Below, in pieces: positions 10,001 through 17,736 of a stretch of DNA of 33,640 nt. The stretch's first letter is position 1; every line of letters starts with the position of its first letter. The notes below the pieces were generated by a model. The model was given only the letters and a program-made list of their open reading frames with translations. It was not told the origin of the DNA and did no database searches. The stretch spans positions 1 through 33,640 of the forward strand of contig JBJHCF010000025.1 in assembly GCA_050506795.1 (NCBI GenBank), written 5' to 3'. This DNA is from Opitutia bacterium. GTDB lineage: Bacteria; Verrucomicrobiota; Verrucomicrobiia; Opitutales; T3Sed10-336. The position numbers and the translations under genes were made by a program.

Positions 10001-11213
10001 GAATGGAGTGGGCGGCGCCCGCACTGATGCCGGCGATCAGGTGTCCGTCGAGTTCGGGGTGTTGGAGCGGAGTCGGAACCAGCCGGTTGTCGGTGTCGCC
10101 GTGCCCCAACCGGCCGGAGGAGCCTTGTCCAAAAGTGAACACCGCGCCGGCCGAGGACCGCAGCATGGAGTACCTTCCGCCGGCGGCTACCTCGACGATT
10201 TCCTGTCCGGTCAGCGCGGCGTGCTCCAGCCGGGTCGGCGTCGGGCGGTCGGCCTCGTCACCGTGCCCCAGCGCGCCGGCCTGACCCCGTCCGAAGGTGA
10301 ACACCGCGCCATCGTGGGAGTGTAGGACGGTGTGAGCGTCTCCTGCGGCAATTCCGGTGATCGTGTGTCCGTCCACGTCGGGATGTTCAATCGGGGTGGG
10401 GATGTTCAGGTTGAAGGTGTTCCCGTGACCGAGGCGTCCTTGCTGACCGGAGCCGAAGGTGAACACGGTGCCGTCGGCCGACAGTAGCGCGGTGTGAGCC
10501 CAACCCGCGGCGACGCGGGTGATCGTGTGGCCGGAGAGATTGGAGTGCTCGATCGGCTTAGGCTCGGGACGGTTGGCCACGTCGCCGTGCCCGAGCCGTC
10601 CCTCCGCGCCCCGCCCGAAAGTGAAAACCGTGCCGTCGAGGGACAGCAGGACCGTGTGTTCTCCCTGTGCGGCGACGCCGATGATGGTGTGTCCGGCCAG
10701 AGCCTCACTTTCCACGGCGACGGGATACGAGAGTGACCGATCGTCGCCGTGCCCGAGTTGCCCGCGCGAACCGCGTCCGAAGGTATAGACGGCCCCGTCG
10801 GACCTGAGGAGGACCGTGTGGAAAAATCCGATTGCCGCCCTGGGCGCCACCACCCCCGGCACGACGTCGATAGTGAAGGCTTCTTCAATGGAAAGGCCGC
10901 CAGTGACGGCGGCCTGGAGGCGGATGGAGTACCGGCCTTCCGGGAGTTGGCCGGCGGTTTGGAGTTCGCTGTTGGTTATTTGAAAGGAGGCGTTGTCATT
11001 GTCGCCGTCCCCGGGAACCAGGGCGAAGGAGACCGCTTCGCCGCCAAGGCCGGCGGCGTGCAGGGGACTGATCGGTTCACCGTCCCCGGTGCGTTCGGTT
11101 CCGATGGAGGTGTGCCAGACGATGATCGACGTCGGGTCGGCCGCCGGAAGCGGCTGCGCGGCCAGCAGGAAAAGGCCGCAAGCGGCCAGCAGGGGAGGGA
11201 GGAGGTTTTTCAT
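4071..11213 (-). CDS. Giant secreted RCC1-repeat protein with four ~550-aa modules, 2380 aa
   Basis: Signal peptide; many AAGxxHT..L..DGTVFTFGxGxxGRLGHGD RCC1 repeats; each propeller preceded by a cadherin-like FxLVxGEGDxDNAxF segment and followed by an InlB B-repeat-like segment (F..W.GD..G..); C-terminal DGVYNLLKFAFN..TTDLETW domain. Confidence 0.92.
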   Translation of the reverse strand: MKNLLPPLLAACGLFLLAAQPLPAADPTSIIVWHTSIGTERTGDGEPISPLHAAGLGGEAVSFALVPGDGDNDNASFQITNSELQTAGQLPEGRYSIRLQAAVTGGLSIEEAFTIDVVPGVVAPRAAIGFFHTVLLRSDGAVYTFGRGSRGQLGHGDDRSLSYPVAVESEALAGHTIIGVAAQGEHTVLLSLDGTVFTFGRGAEGRLGHGDVANRPEPKPIEHSNLSGHTITRVAAGWAHTALLSADGTVFTFGSGQQGRLGHGNTFNLNIPTPIEHPDVDGHTITGIAAGDAHTVLHSHDGAVFTFGRGQAGALGHGDEADRPTPTRLEHAALTGQEIVEVAAGGRYSMLRSSAGAVFTFGQGSSGRLGHGDTDNRLVPTPLQHPELDGHLIAGISAGAAHSILRTEAGEIFTFGAGDSGRLGHGDSEERLTPARVTHENLDGKNVIEIAAGGSHTVAVSADGTVFTFGWGVMGKLGHFDEEDRLAPTQLDFFRLPGHRLLRLDVSGGGAGTVLVNGETVEDLPRLLQFETGSNLALEAVPATGSLLDRWLGVSSESGVNLTLNADQDRSVAAAFIRQRLVLWNDTIGANRTGAGARVGLLHAAGMGDTAIFTLAAGEGDDNNASFAVSADELQTAASLAEGEYRVRLRASTENGAMVEDTFSILVVPHKVAPKSAVGSNHTVLLSTEGVVYTFGRGDDGRLGHGNTAGRLQPTPIDHENLDGHAIIDVAAGSSHTVLLSADGTVFTFGSGSWGRLGHGDSDVRLVPTAIESLLLDGYRIVRIAAGGTHTLLLASDGTVFSFGRGTSGPLGHGDTTSHNTPMPIQSDPLAGHSITDLAASGHSVLRSAEGAVFTFGPGGSGQLGHGDTEDRLVPRQIEQEVLDDHKVTKVAAGGSFTLLLSEGGSVFTFGRGREGQLGHGDQADRTTPKRIDHPPLAEHNIVGVAAGGWHSLLNTAEGAVFSFGGGGSGKLGHGDFADRTIPARIEHPNLAGQSFLDLAAGQEHSVLVTLDGFVFTFGNGGFGRLGHGDDHLRTVPTRIVPFNLRESFTLELKIAGTGGGTVLIDGEPVSTFPHHLAREEGTEVLLEAVAGGDSFFKEWTGDLAGANESATITLDGHKSVTAVFAWETVVVWTPSISMNRAQPGEQVSLLYAAGRAGDPWAFALVEGEGDTHNASFSVDGNGLLLSESLDIGEYSIRLRATSATGLVLERVIQIAVIVPDARVALGGRHSAVIDADGGFFTFGSGTFGQTGHGDTRDQLFPKGLESELHSQEQLSQVATGHDHTVTLSSGGAVFTFGSGANGRLGHGDTEDRREPQPLVHENLDGHTIVRVAAGAAHTLLLSSDGTVFSFGLGAQGQLGHGDLDDRHVPMPIASETLEGHTIIAIAAGLSHSVLLSANGDVFTFGRGGLGELGRSPTPQRVEHQNLSGRTIVAIAAGGIRPSCSLSHTGHTVLLDADGTVLTMGFNAFGQLGHGDTNNRTAPTPIEAEVLSGHHITAVAAGDTHTLLLAKDGTVFAFGAGESGQLGHGDTDDRLAPVPLQGAALSEHKITGIAAGSRHSALTAADTTILTFGSGENGRLGHGDNAQRLVPTPIQFYNLPGHRVLHLKRQGDGTGAISVDGDVVSDFPYTTQFPAGSEVELEVIPDAGSSFAQWVGDANGTETIASVILDDDRTAAAAFDFLAVTVWHPRIGTERTGPNALVSKLHAPIASAAFELVSGEGDNDNALFLVSGDELRTGDTLSPGEYSIRLRAAGPGAETQAETALTLSVIPGKVEPKVAMGGFHTLFLARDGTVYGFGAGGLGQLGIGASQAIVPTPIENEALTGHTIIDIAAGSAHSILLSADGTVFTFGNNSFGQLGHPDAPNPLLEPTPIEAENLQGQLITGVAAGFQHTVLRTSTGIILTLGSGGAGALGQGNTQNRDVPTPIPADHLAGYTITGLSAGNGGSIGRTPGGRHTALLSLNGTVLTFGSGGSGQLGHGDRENKLIPTPIVPRLLGNRSIAGIAAGGLHTVLLTADGEALVTGGPGTTAPLSPAPVAGDSSFDAPIRRIAAGGTHTLLLAEDGSVYSFGQGANGRLGLGDTENRDAATPIQHENLAGETFVSISAGTAHSTALTTDDRLFTFGSGRNFQLGHGDQVDRLVPTPIEFFREPRHLMFVIHRSGQGTGTVVVNDVSVAEFPHFGQAQPDTLIRVEAVADPDSVFARWTTPGSDPQGIAGTDNPAEFNLERDIEFTAVFDLNARTLFNLATTEAGLSGARAEPKATPFGDGVYNLLKFAFNMDLTDTDHRRLTRGGNETGGLPSVALIDDQERFLVIEYVRRRNSDLVYTPLITTDLETWSPGTGSQSVTNINVNWERVRIEIPLEEPATRAFGSVRVRMPQE

Positions 11214-11303
11214 GGGATTCCTTGGTTCGCGGTGTTGAGGTTTGGGGGGTTGCGGTCCGGTTCGGGGTTGATGAATGCCCGGCGGGTTGGGCGTGTGGTC
11301 GGA

Positions 11304-11774
11304 TTACTCAGGTTCCGGGGGCGCCAGGTCGAGTCTCTTGACGATCATCGCATAATCGATGTTCGGATCCGGTTCCACGATCTGGAGGTGGAACGTTATG
11401 CGGTCATCGGGGACCAGCACCGGCATCTTGGAGAGCACCTCGATGTCGGATTGTCTTTGGATTCTGGGTGCGGTAGCGAAGGTTTTCGTGAACCTTCGAG
11501 CCTTAGCCGGTGATGAAAGATAGTCGGGAGCGGGAAGAACGTCTTTGCCAGCATGATCGGAGGTGACTCGGGGGTCGGCGTCTTTTCCCAATGAGGGCGC
11601 CTCCTGTACCCTCGGCACGAGATGATCCGTGCTGAAGGGCTCCGGGGCCAGCTGACGCGCATCGACGAAGCCCGGTTTTTCACCCGGCGAATCGACGGCC
11701 GCCAAGTCGCTGGACGCGCTCTGAAACAACGCGAAGCCCAACAAGGGGGTGCATATCATAGCGAAATACGACAT
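11304..11774 (-). CDS. Hypothetical exported protein, 156 aa
   Basis: ATG start; hydrophobic N-terminus; C-terminal KMPVLVPD..IVEPDPNIDYAMIVK; co-oriented directly upstream of the RCC1 gene. Confidence 0.65.
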   Translation of the reverse strand: MSYFAMICTPLLGFALFQSASSDLAAVDSPGEKPGFVDARQLAPEPFSTDHLVPRVQEAPSLGKDADPRVTSDHAGKDVLPAPDYLSSPAKARRFTKTFATAPRIQRQSDIEVLSKMPVLVPDDRITFHLQIVEPDPNIDYAMIVKRLDLAPPEPE

Positions 11775-11938
11775 AACAACGTTTATAGGAGAGATTTGCC
11801 AAGTGACTTCCAGCGAGCGCCTGTTTGCCTCGGGTCTGGAGGATCTGGGGAGGACCGACCGCGCGCACGATAGGCGTAAGCAAATCCACTGGAACCGGAA
11901 ATGACTATAACCTAAATCTGGTCAGTGTCACTGTTTGA

Positions 11939-12238
11939 TGTCGAAAAGACCCGCGGCATACTGCAAATCGTCCAATCGTTCTGTACGAACGCAATCGTAC
12001 GGTGCCTTTTCTGTTTTGGTACCGCTTCCGCATGAACCGTGAGGGCCGGGGTGAGTTATACTTCAAGGACTAGGTGTACCACAGGTTCGATTTTACGGAT
12101 AGTGGCACCGAGGAGGTCATCACGCTGCAGGGCGACACCCTCCGGGTGTATGGCTACCGGCACGCGGATCCCGACGGAGAGTCCCGGCGGAACCTGGATT
12201 ACCTCAAGGATCGCGTGGCGAATCACACCCATTACTGA
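11939..12238 (+). pseudogene. Possible gene remnant with in-frame TAG
   Basis: Frame reads ..PIVLYERNRTVPFLFWYRFRMNREGRGELYFKD*(TAG 12071-12073)VYHRFDFTDSGTEEVITLQGDTLRVYGYRH..HTHY*; protein-like on both sides of the stop. Confidence 0.4.
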
Positions 12239-12686
12239 CCGCTATGGGCGTTTGGTTTCAATGGCCGATCATGTAAAACACTAATTTGCCCTCGGCAAAA
12301 TCAGGGGAGCGCCTACGTGGGTTTATTCCGAGAGTCTCGGGGTGCGCCCGATTATGCTTGGTGCGAATTGCCGGGGACGTTTTGTAAGTTGCTTTTGCAG
12401 GGAAGGTAACCGGGTAGTTGGCTTTTTTGCCAATCACAGAAACGCGGATCGGCGGGTCCCGATGAAACGTATTCCTGGAAGGGAAAATGGGCCTGTGGCT
12501 GGTTGTTGATTCACTCTCTTGTGTTGGCCTGGGTTCTATTCTTTGCTATGGTTCGTTTTGGGGATTTTACAGCGGGCTGCTGTTTGATTGGATCGCAAAA
12601 AACTTCCATTGAATGGCGGTATTGCTCCCGAATTCCCGGCCCACTGGTACTGTTTTAATAAGGCTAACCCGAGTTTCTTTTCCGCT

Positions 12687-13121
12687 ATGAAATCCCGTTT
12701 TCAGCTTCGGTTCGAATCGCAGAACGACGCAGGTTCGGCGGGGGTGAGGCGATTGCGATGGTATTCCGGTGATGAAGTGCCGTTCCGGCAGACACACCGG
12801 CCTGTCTTATCGCGGAAAACCGGACCGGGGGGTGCCGTCCAAAGGGCGGAATACGGACCTTCTCATGGCGACCGTGAGAAAGCTGTGACCCACTGTGTCG
12901 CGGCCGTTGCGGCAGTGATTTTGGGTCGCCGTTTCGCCCGTGTCACCAGGAACCGGAGACTGGTCGACCTGGGAGCCGATGATTTGGATGTGGAGGAGAT
13001 TGTGGACGCCTGCGAAGGGGTGCTCGGCCTGCCGCGGGAAAGTGTGTGGCGTAAGGTGACGGTTCGCCCCAGCAGGCTGACGATCGGCCAGTTGTCGCGC
13101 CTGTTTGTTGAAGAGGAATAG
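12687..13121 (+). CDS. Acyl-carrier-protein-like domain protein lacking the attachment Ser (start uncertain)
   Basis: LVDLGADDLDVEEIVDACEGVLGL..LTIGQL aligns to ACP consensus DLGADSLDxVELVMALEEEFGI..TVGD; ATG 12687 is in frame with ORF 12588..13121. Confidence 0.55.
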   Translation: MKSRFQLRFESQNDAGSAGVRRLRWYSGDEVPFRQTHRPVLSRKTGPGGAVQRAEYGPSHGDREKAVTHCVAAVAAVILGRRFARVTRNRRLVDLGADDLDVEEIVDACEGVLGLPRESVWRKVTVRPSRLTIGQLSRLFVEEE

Positions 13122-13165
13122 GACGATTTTACCGAATGGCACGGTTAAGCGAGTTCATCGGTTGA

Positions 13166-13397
13166 GAAACCGAATCGGAATCGAAACGCTTGATAGCATT
13201 GGCAATAACGGAATGTCGATTTCGTTAATACCGATAGGGATCCCGAATAAAACGCTTATCCGAGCATCATTCCTCCTGGAGGGCCATGCTCCGGCATGGC
13301 CGCTGGTCCGGGAGCGCGGGCATCTTGCCCGCACCGGCGGCACGTGAGCGCCGCCCTCCAGTAAGCAGAAGCGCGATTCCAATTTCGATTCGGTTTC
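13166..13397. repeat. Nested REP-like structure: GAATCG-type arms enclosing a family B element
   Basis: gaaaccgaatcg.. (13166-13189) vs ..cgattcggtttc (13373-13397); inner ctggagggc..gccctccag (13276-13341) containing ggccatgc/gcatggcc and gcgggca/tgcccgc hairpins. Confidence 0.75.
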
Positions 13398-16300
13398 AGT
13401 CGGTTGTTTTCCCGCCCAGGCGAAAATACAGCAGACGGAAGCGGCGCTCTTCTCCCTGCCGGTGCACGCCCAGCAATCCGCCGGCGAAGGACCAGCGAAA
13501 CAATTCCTCCTCCCGGTTCCGGTCTACGGAAACGAACGGAAAAAAGTCCGTGCTGACGTGACTGTTGCGCTGCTCCTGGTGCCAGACCCGCCACAGGACG
13601 CGACGGCGGGAATAACGGTTGTCTTCGTCCGGGGCGATGGTCCTGCTGTCGTAAAGACGCCACAGGACTTCCCGGCGGGCTTCCCGGTCTCCCTTTTGTT
13701 CCCGATGGTAAAATGGCCACCAGCGGGCCTGGGTATGCTCTTCGAAAGCGATCTGCCATTCCCGACTGTTCGGTTGGTCTCCGTTTTGGGCGAGGTGCTC
13801 GGCGGTTGCCACGAGACTGCGGGTGCTGTTGATCCACGAAAGCAACCATTCCCGATTGCTCAGGGAGAACCTTCTTCCAATAGGTGGGTGGGGTTTTACT
13901 TCATCGGCGTTTTGATTCGTCGAGTCTTTTGTTCCCTGGGGCAGGGAGGCCACAAAATCGTCCTTGAGTTCGTCCGGCGTAAGCCGGTGATGGGTCCCCG
14001 TGTAGATGATGGTCCTTCCAAGGCTCAGGTTTCGTCTTTCAAGGGATTGATGCGACGAGTAAAAGGGAAAAAGGTGGTGCGATTTCCGATCGTTGACAGG
14101 ATCGTGACTCCAGCCGCCGAGGCCACCGAACAGTCGGGTTTCCTTCTTTGTGGAACTGTGGCTTCGTGTATAGAAGGGGAGCACCCGGTGATGCCGATGC
14201 CCCCGGGATTCGTCGTGTCCCCAGCCGACCAGGCCGAGGAGGGCCGACTGCGACCGCATTTCGGGTCCGGATCGGCGGGTGTAGGGGAGTGAGATGAACG
14301 TCGAGTGATCTTCGGTTTGTCGGCGGTAGTAGAGCGGAAGCAGCACCTGGCGATCCGAATCCGGGGTTGTCGTCCGATGCCAGAAAGGCCAGGCGACGGT
14401 TTGGTATTCCCGTTCGGCTTCTTTTTCACGGACGTCGTAATAGATTGGGCCGAGGAAGGTTCGATACCTGTGGGTGGGGGTTTCGAACCGGCCGCCTGCC
14501 GGAGTCAGAAACGAACGATTCCCGTGGTTGTCGGTGTTATGGTAATAAAACGGAAGCACGGTGCTCCCGCCTGTTTCGTCCGGGCCGGACCAACGGTGAG
14601 TGAGCGGCCAGAGCAGGGAGGAGTAGCGCCGGTCGTCTTTCTCTCGCATGTGGTATAAAAACAGGCCGAAATTCCTGAAACTGCCGTCGTCGCGCCAGCT
14701 TGCCAGGGGTGTGTACACGCTGCGAACGCCTTCGGTCTGGTCGACTTCGGTGTAATAGAAGGGAAGCAGGTAGCTCCTGCGGGTGGTTTCATCAGAGGAA
14801 ACCTGACCGAGGGGCCAGAGGAAGTGATCAGATTGACGCCCCGATTCGTGATCGCGGTACCCTATGTACACCGGGCCAAGCACGGTGCGAAAAGTGGATT
14901 CCGGGTTTTCGAACGCGCCGCCTATCGGGGTCACCAGCAACCGGTTTTTGTCGCCGTCGGTGCTATGATAATAGAAGGGGAACACACTGCTGCCGCGGGT
15001 TCCGTCCGGTTTCGACCAACGGTGAGCGGCGGGCCAGAGTACGGAGGAATAACGGCGCCCGTCGTTGTCTTGGGCGTGATAGAGAATCAGCCCGAAGTTC
15101 GTCAGACTGCCGTCGTCGCGCCAGCTCGCCAGAGGCGTGTAAACGCTGCGAACATTCTCGGCCTGGTCGACTTCGGTGTAATAGAAGGGAAGCAGGTAGC
15201 TCCGGCGGGTGGTTTCGTCAGATGACACCCGACCGAGGGGCCAGAGGAAGTGGTTCGATTGACGGCCCGACTCGTGATTATCGTGTCGAAAATACACCGG
15301 CCCGAGCACGGTGCGAAACGAGTGTTCGGGGTTTTCGAGCGCGCCGCCAATCGGGGTCACCAGCAACCGGTTTTTGTCTCCGTCGGTGCGATGATAGTAG
15401 AAGGGAAGCACACTGCTCCCGCCTGCTTCGTCCGGGCCGGACCAGTGATGGGTGAGCGGCCACAGCAGGGAGGAATAACGTTGGTCGTCTTCAACTTCCG
15501 TGTGGAAGAGGATCAGGCCGACGTTCCTGAGGCTGCCGTCGTCGCGCCAGCTGGTCAAAGGGGTGTGCACGGTGCGAACCCCGTTCGTATGGTCGAGTTT
15601 TGTGTAATAGAAGGGAAACAGGCGGTTTTCCCGGGACGCCTCGGTGGAGGTGACTTGTCCCAGGGGCCAGAGGAAGTGCGTCGATTGCCGGTCTTCGGTG
15701 TAGGTGCGGTGATAGACCGGACCGAGAATATTGGTGGTTCCGGACTGTTCGCCGTGGCGTTGATAAAAGAAAGGGAAGACGTAACGCCCGGATTCTTCAT
15801 CCGAGTCCCACTTCTGGGCCAGAGGCCAGAGAAGCGCGTGCCGCTCTTCTTTGGAATCGCGGTCGTACCGGTACAGGATCCAGGCGACGTGGCGCCGTTC
15901 CCATTGGGGACGCCACTGGTGCCGGTACACCGGAAAGGCTCGAACCTCGCCGCTGGTATCTCCGAACCTGGCGGAAACAATCGGCCATGGCGCGGCCCAG
16001 GTGGCGCCGTCCCTTCCTTCCCGGCGGTGAAACAGCGGTCCCAGAACGCCCTGGATGTCGTCTCGCCGGGTAATCAGCGGAGTCCAGTAGCCGCGGTCGT
16101 CCCCGTAGTAAACCGGAAGAATCAGACGGGAGGGGTTGTTGGCGCTGTAGTTTTCATAGTAGAGGGGGATGATTCGAAAGCGTTTTTTTTCGCGGTCGTG
16201 GACGACGTTGAGAAAGCGCCACCGGTCCCGGCCGCCATCGAAATCCGCCAGGACGGGCATCATGTCCGGGTGAACGGTGCCGACCCGGAGGCGGCGGTCG

Positions 16301-16605
16301 TCGTGGGTCCATTCGTAAAAGGGGACCAAGGCGTGACCGGCATCGGTCCGGGTGTACAGGGGCCACAGGATCGACAGCGACGGATCCTGCCAGTAGAGCA
16401 ACGGCCAAAGATTGACCCGCTCCTGGGCGGCTTCCGAGGGCACTTGTTCCGCGGCATCCCAAAGCGGGTTGGATTTCCGGGTGCCGGTGGCGCAACCCCC
16501 CGCGAGAAGCAACAATAGGCACCCGCCAAGCAAGAGGAGAGCGAGGGTTCCCGGGTGTGTGGAGCGGGAGGACGAGGTCGGTGTGGGATTGGGTGCGGAA
16601 TTCAT
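13396..16605 (-). CDS. Aromatic-rich repeat lipoprotein, 1069 aa
   Basis: Lipobox LLLLAGG-C; recurring LWPL, PFYY, LGPVY and TPxGG motifs; 142-aa internal repeats. Confidence 0.85.
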   Translation of the reverse strand: MNSAPNPTPTSSSRSTHPGTLALLLLGGCLLLLLAGGCATGTRKSNPLWDAAEQVPSEAAQERVNLWPLLYWQDPSLSILWPLYTRTDAGHALVPFYEWTHDDRRLRVGTVHPDMMPVLADFDGGRDRWRFLNVVHDREKKRFRIIPLYYENYSANNPSRLILPVYYGDDRGYWTPLITRRDDIQGVLGPLFHRREGRDGATWAAPWPIVSARFGDTSGEVRAFPVYRHQWRPQWERRHVAWILYRYDRDSKEERHALLWPLAQKWDSDEESGRYVFPFFYQRHGEQSGTTNILGPVYHRTYTEDRQSTHFLWPLGQVTSTEASRENRLFPFYYTKLDHTNGVRTVHTPLTSWRDDGSLRNVGLILFHTEVEDDQRYSSLLWPLTHHWSGPDEAGGSSVLPFYYHRTDGDKNRLLVTPIGGALENPEHSFRTVLGPVYFRHDNHESGRQSNHFLWPLGRVSSDETTRRSYLLPFYYTEVDQAENVRSVYTPLASWRDDGSLTNFGLILYHAQDNDGRRYSSVLWPAAHRWSKPDGTRGSSVFPFYYHSTDGDKNRLLVTPIGGAFENPESTFRTVLGPVYIGYRDHESGRQSDHFLWPLGQVSSDETTRRSYLLPFYYTEVDQTEGVRSVYTPLASWRDDGSFRNFGLFLYHMREKDDRRYSSLLWPLTHRWSGPDETGGSTVLPFYYHNTDNHGNRSFLTPAGGRFETPTHRYRTFLGPIYYDVREKEAEREYQTVAWPFWHRTTTPDSDRQVLLPLYYRRQTEDHSTFISLPYTRRSGPEMRSQSALLGLVGWGHDESRGHRHHRVLPFYTRSHSSTKKETRLFGGLGGWSHDPVNDRKSHHLFPFYSSHQSLERRNLSLGRTIIYTGTHHRLTPDELKDDFVASLPQGTKDSTNQNADEVKPHPPIGRRFSLSNREWLLSWINSTRSLVATAEHLAQNGDQPNSREWQIAFEEHTQARWWPFYHREQKGDREARREVLWRLYDSRTIAPDEDNRYSRRRVLWRVWHQEQRNSHVSTDFFPFVSVDRNREEELFRWSFAGGLLGVHRQGEERRFRLLYFRLGGKTTD
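14460..15720 (-). repeat. Intragenic tandem repeat, 426-bp period, about three copies
   Basis: gtaatagaagggaa recurs at 14752, 15178 and 15604; boundaries approximate. Confidence 0.85.
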
Positions 16606-16784
16606 GACGGCCTTGTTTTGCAGGCTTCATGCCATTCGGAGGGGTCTTTGTTAAGGTGTTTGTTGTGAGTAGGATAACGCGATCTGGAGTTACGCGTTTC
16701 AGCCCGGCTCTCCCCGTTTTTTGACGATGAACAGACAAGAAATGTCCGGTCTTGAGGTGAGAGCGCGCGGGGGTGAAAGGAACT

Positions 16785-17510
16785 TCAGCCGGAACCGGTC
16801 ACGCCCTGGAGTCGGCGAATGCGGTCGGCAAAGGGAGGGTGCGAGGAAAAGTAGGCATCGAGGTTTTCCGGTTCCGCGGCCACGCCCCTGAGCCGTTCGA
16901 AAAGACGCAGCGAGGCCCGGGAATCGTAACCGGCGGCGCGGGTCAGGCGGGCGGCGAAATGGTCGGCCTCGAATTCCTGACGACGGGAGTAGCCCTGGGT
17001 GACGAGTTGGTTGACGAGGCGTCCGACGATTGGTTTGAGCGCGCCTTTGAGAGGTCCGCCGCGGGAGAGCACTTTGGCGACTTCCGAAGTCATCAGGCGA
17101 TTGAAGGAATGGCTGCGCACGACATGCCCCATTTCGTGTCCGATCACGAAGGCGATTTCGTCTTCGTCGAACTCACAGAGTTCCAGCAGGGACCGTGAGA
17201 CGAACAGAAATCCGCCCGGCAGGGCGAAGGCGTTGGGTTCCGGGCTTGTCAGGCAGCGCACCTGGAAACGCCGCTCCCGGTTGGTCAGGCAGTAGGCCAG
17301 GCGGCCGGCGGTTTCATTCAGCCAGCGCACCGTTTGCGGGGTGCGGTCGAGGTTGCCGTCGCGGGTGTGCAGGTAGGTGAGGTAACACCCCATGGCGTAC
17401 TCCGCCTTGATCCGCTCCGACTCGGTGCCGGTCAGGGACCGGTAAATCCAGCGCGTCCGCACCACCGCCGGGGCCGCCTTCCGGCCGAGATCATAAAAGA
17501 ATCCGCTCAT
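16785..17510 (-). CDS. M48-family zinc metallopeptidase, 241 aa
   Basis: PNAFALPGG, GHEMGH (HExxH), YSRRQEFEAD, FSSHP motifs. Confidence 0.92.
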   Translation of the reverse strand: MSGFFYDLGRKAAPAVVRTRWIYRSLTGTESERIKAEYAMGCYLTYLHTRDGNLDRTPQTVRWLNETAGRLAYCLTNRERRFQVRCLTSPEPNAFALPGGFLFVSRSLLELCEFDEDEIAFVIGHEMGHVVRSHSFNRLMTSEVAKVLSRGGPLKGALKPIVGRLVNQLVTQGYSRRQEFEADHFAARLTRAAGYDSRASLRLFERLRGVAAEPENLDAYFSSHPPFADRIRRLQGVTGSG

Positions 17511-17583
17511 GCACCCGCGATTGAACCGGGAAAAACCGTCGAAAGCAAACCCCGGATGACCGCAGGCGCGGCCGTTTTTATTC

Positions 17584-17682
17584 TGCCAGGCAAATAATCG
17601 TTAACATCCGATTTCTCCCTGGAGGGCCATGCTCCCGCATGGCCGGGCCCATTGGGAGCGCGGGCATTCCGGCCCGCACCGG
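17584..17682. repeat. Direct repeat copy 1 (19-mer TGCCAGGCAAATAATCGTT + family B REP) downstream of the FGE gene
   Basis: Matches 18869-18964; REP portion matches 13275-13337; a further 19-mer variant lies at 17714-17732. Confidence 0.85.
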
Positions 17683-17736
17683 CCCGAAGCGGCCCGAAGA
17701 GAGCAACGTATCTTGCCAGGCAATCAATCGTTCGCA

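Noticed and set aside
4356..11513. Many long plus-strand ORFs opposite the RCC1 gene (also 15250..16518 and 27776..29359)
   Set aside because: Antisense shadows expected from high-GC codon bias; no recognisable motifs
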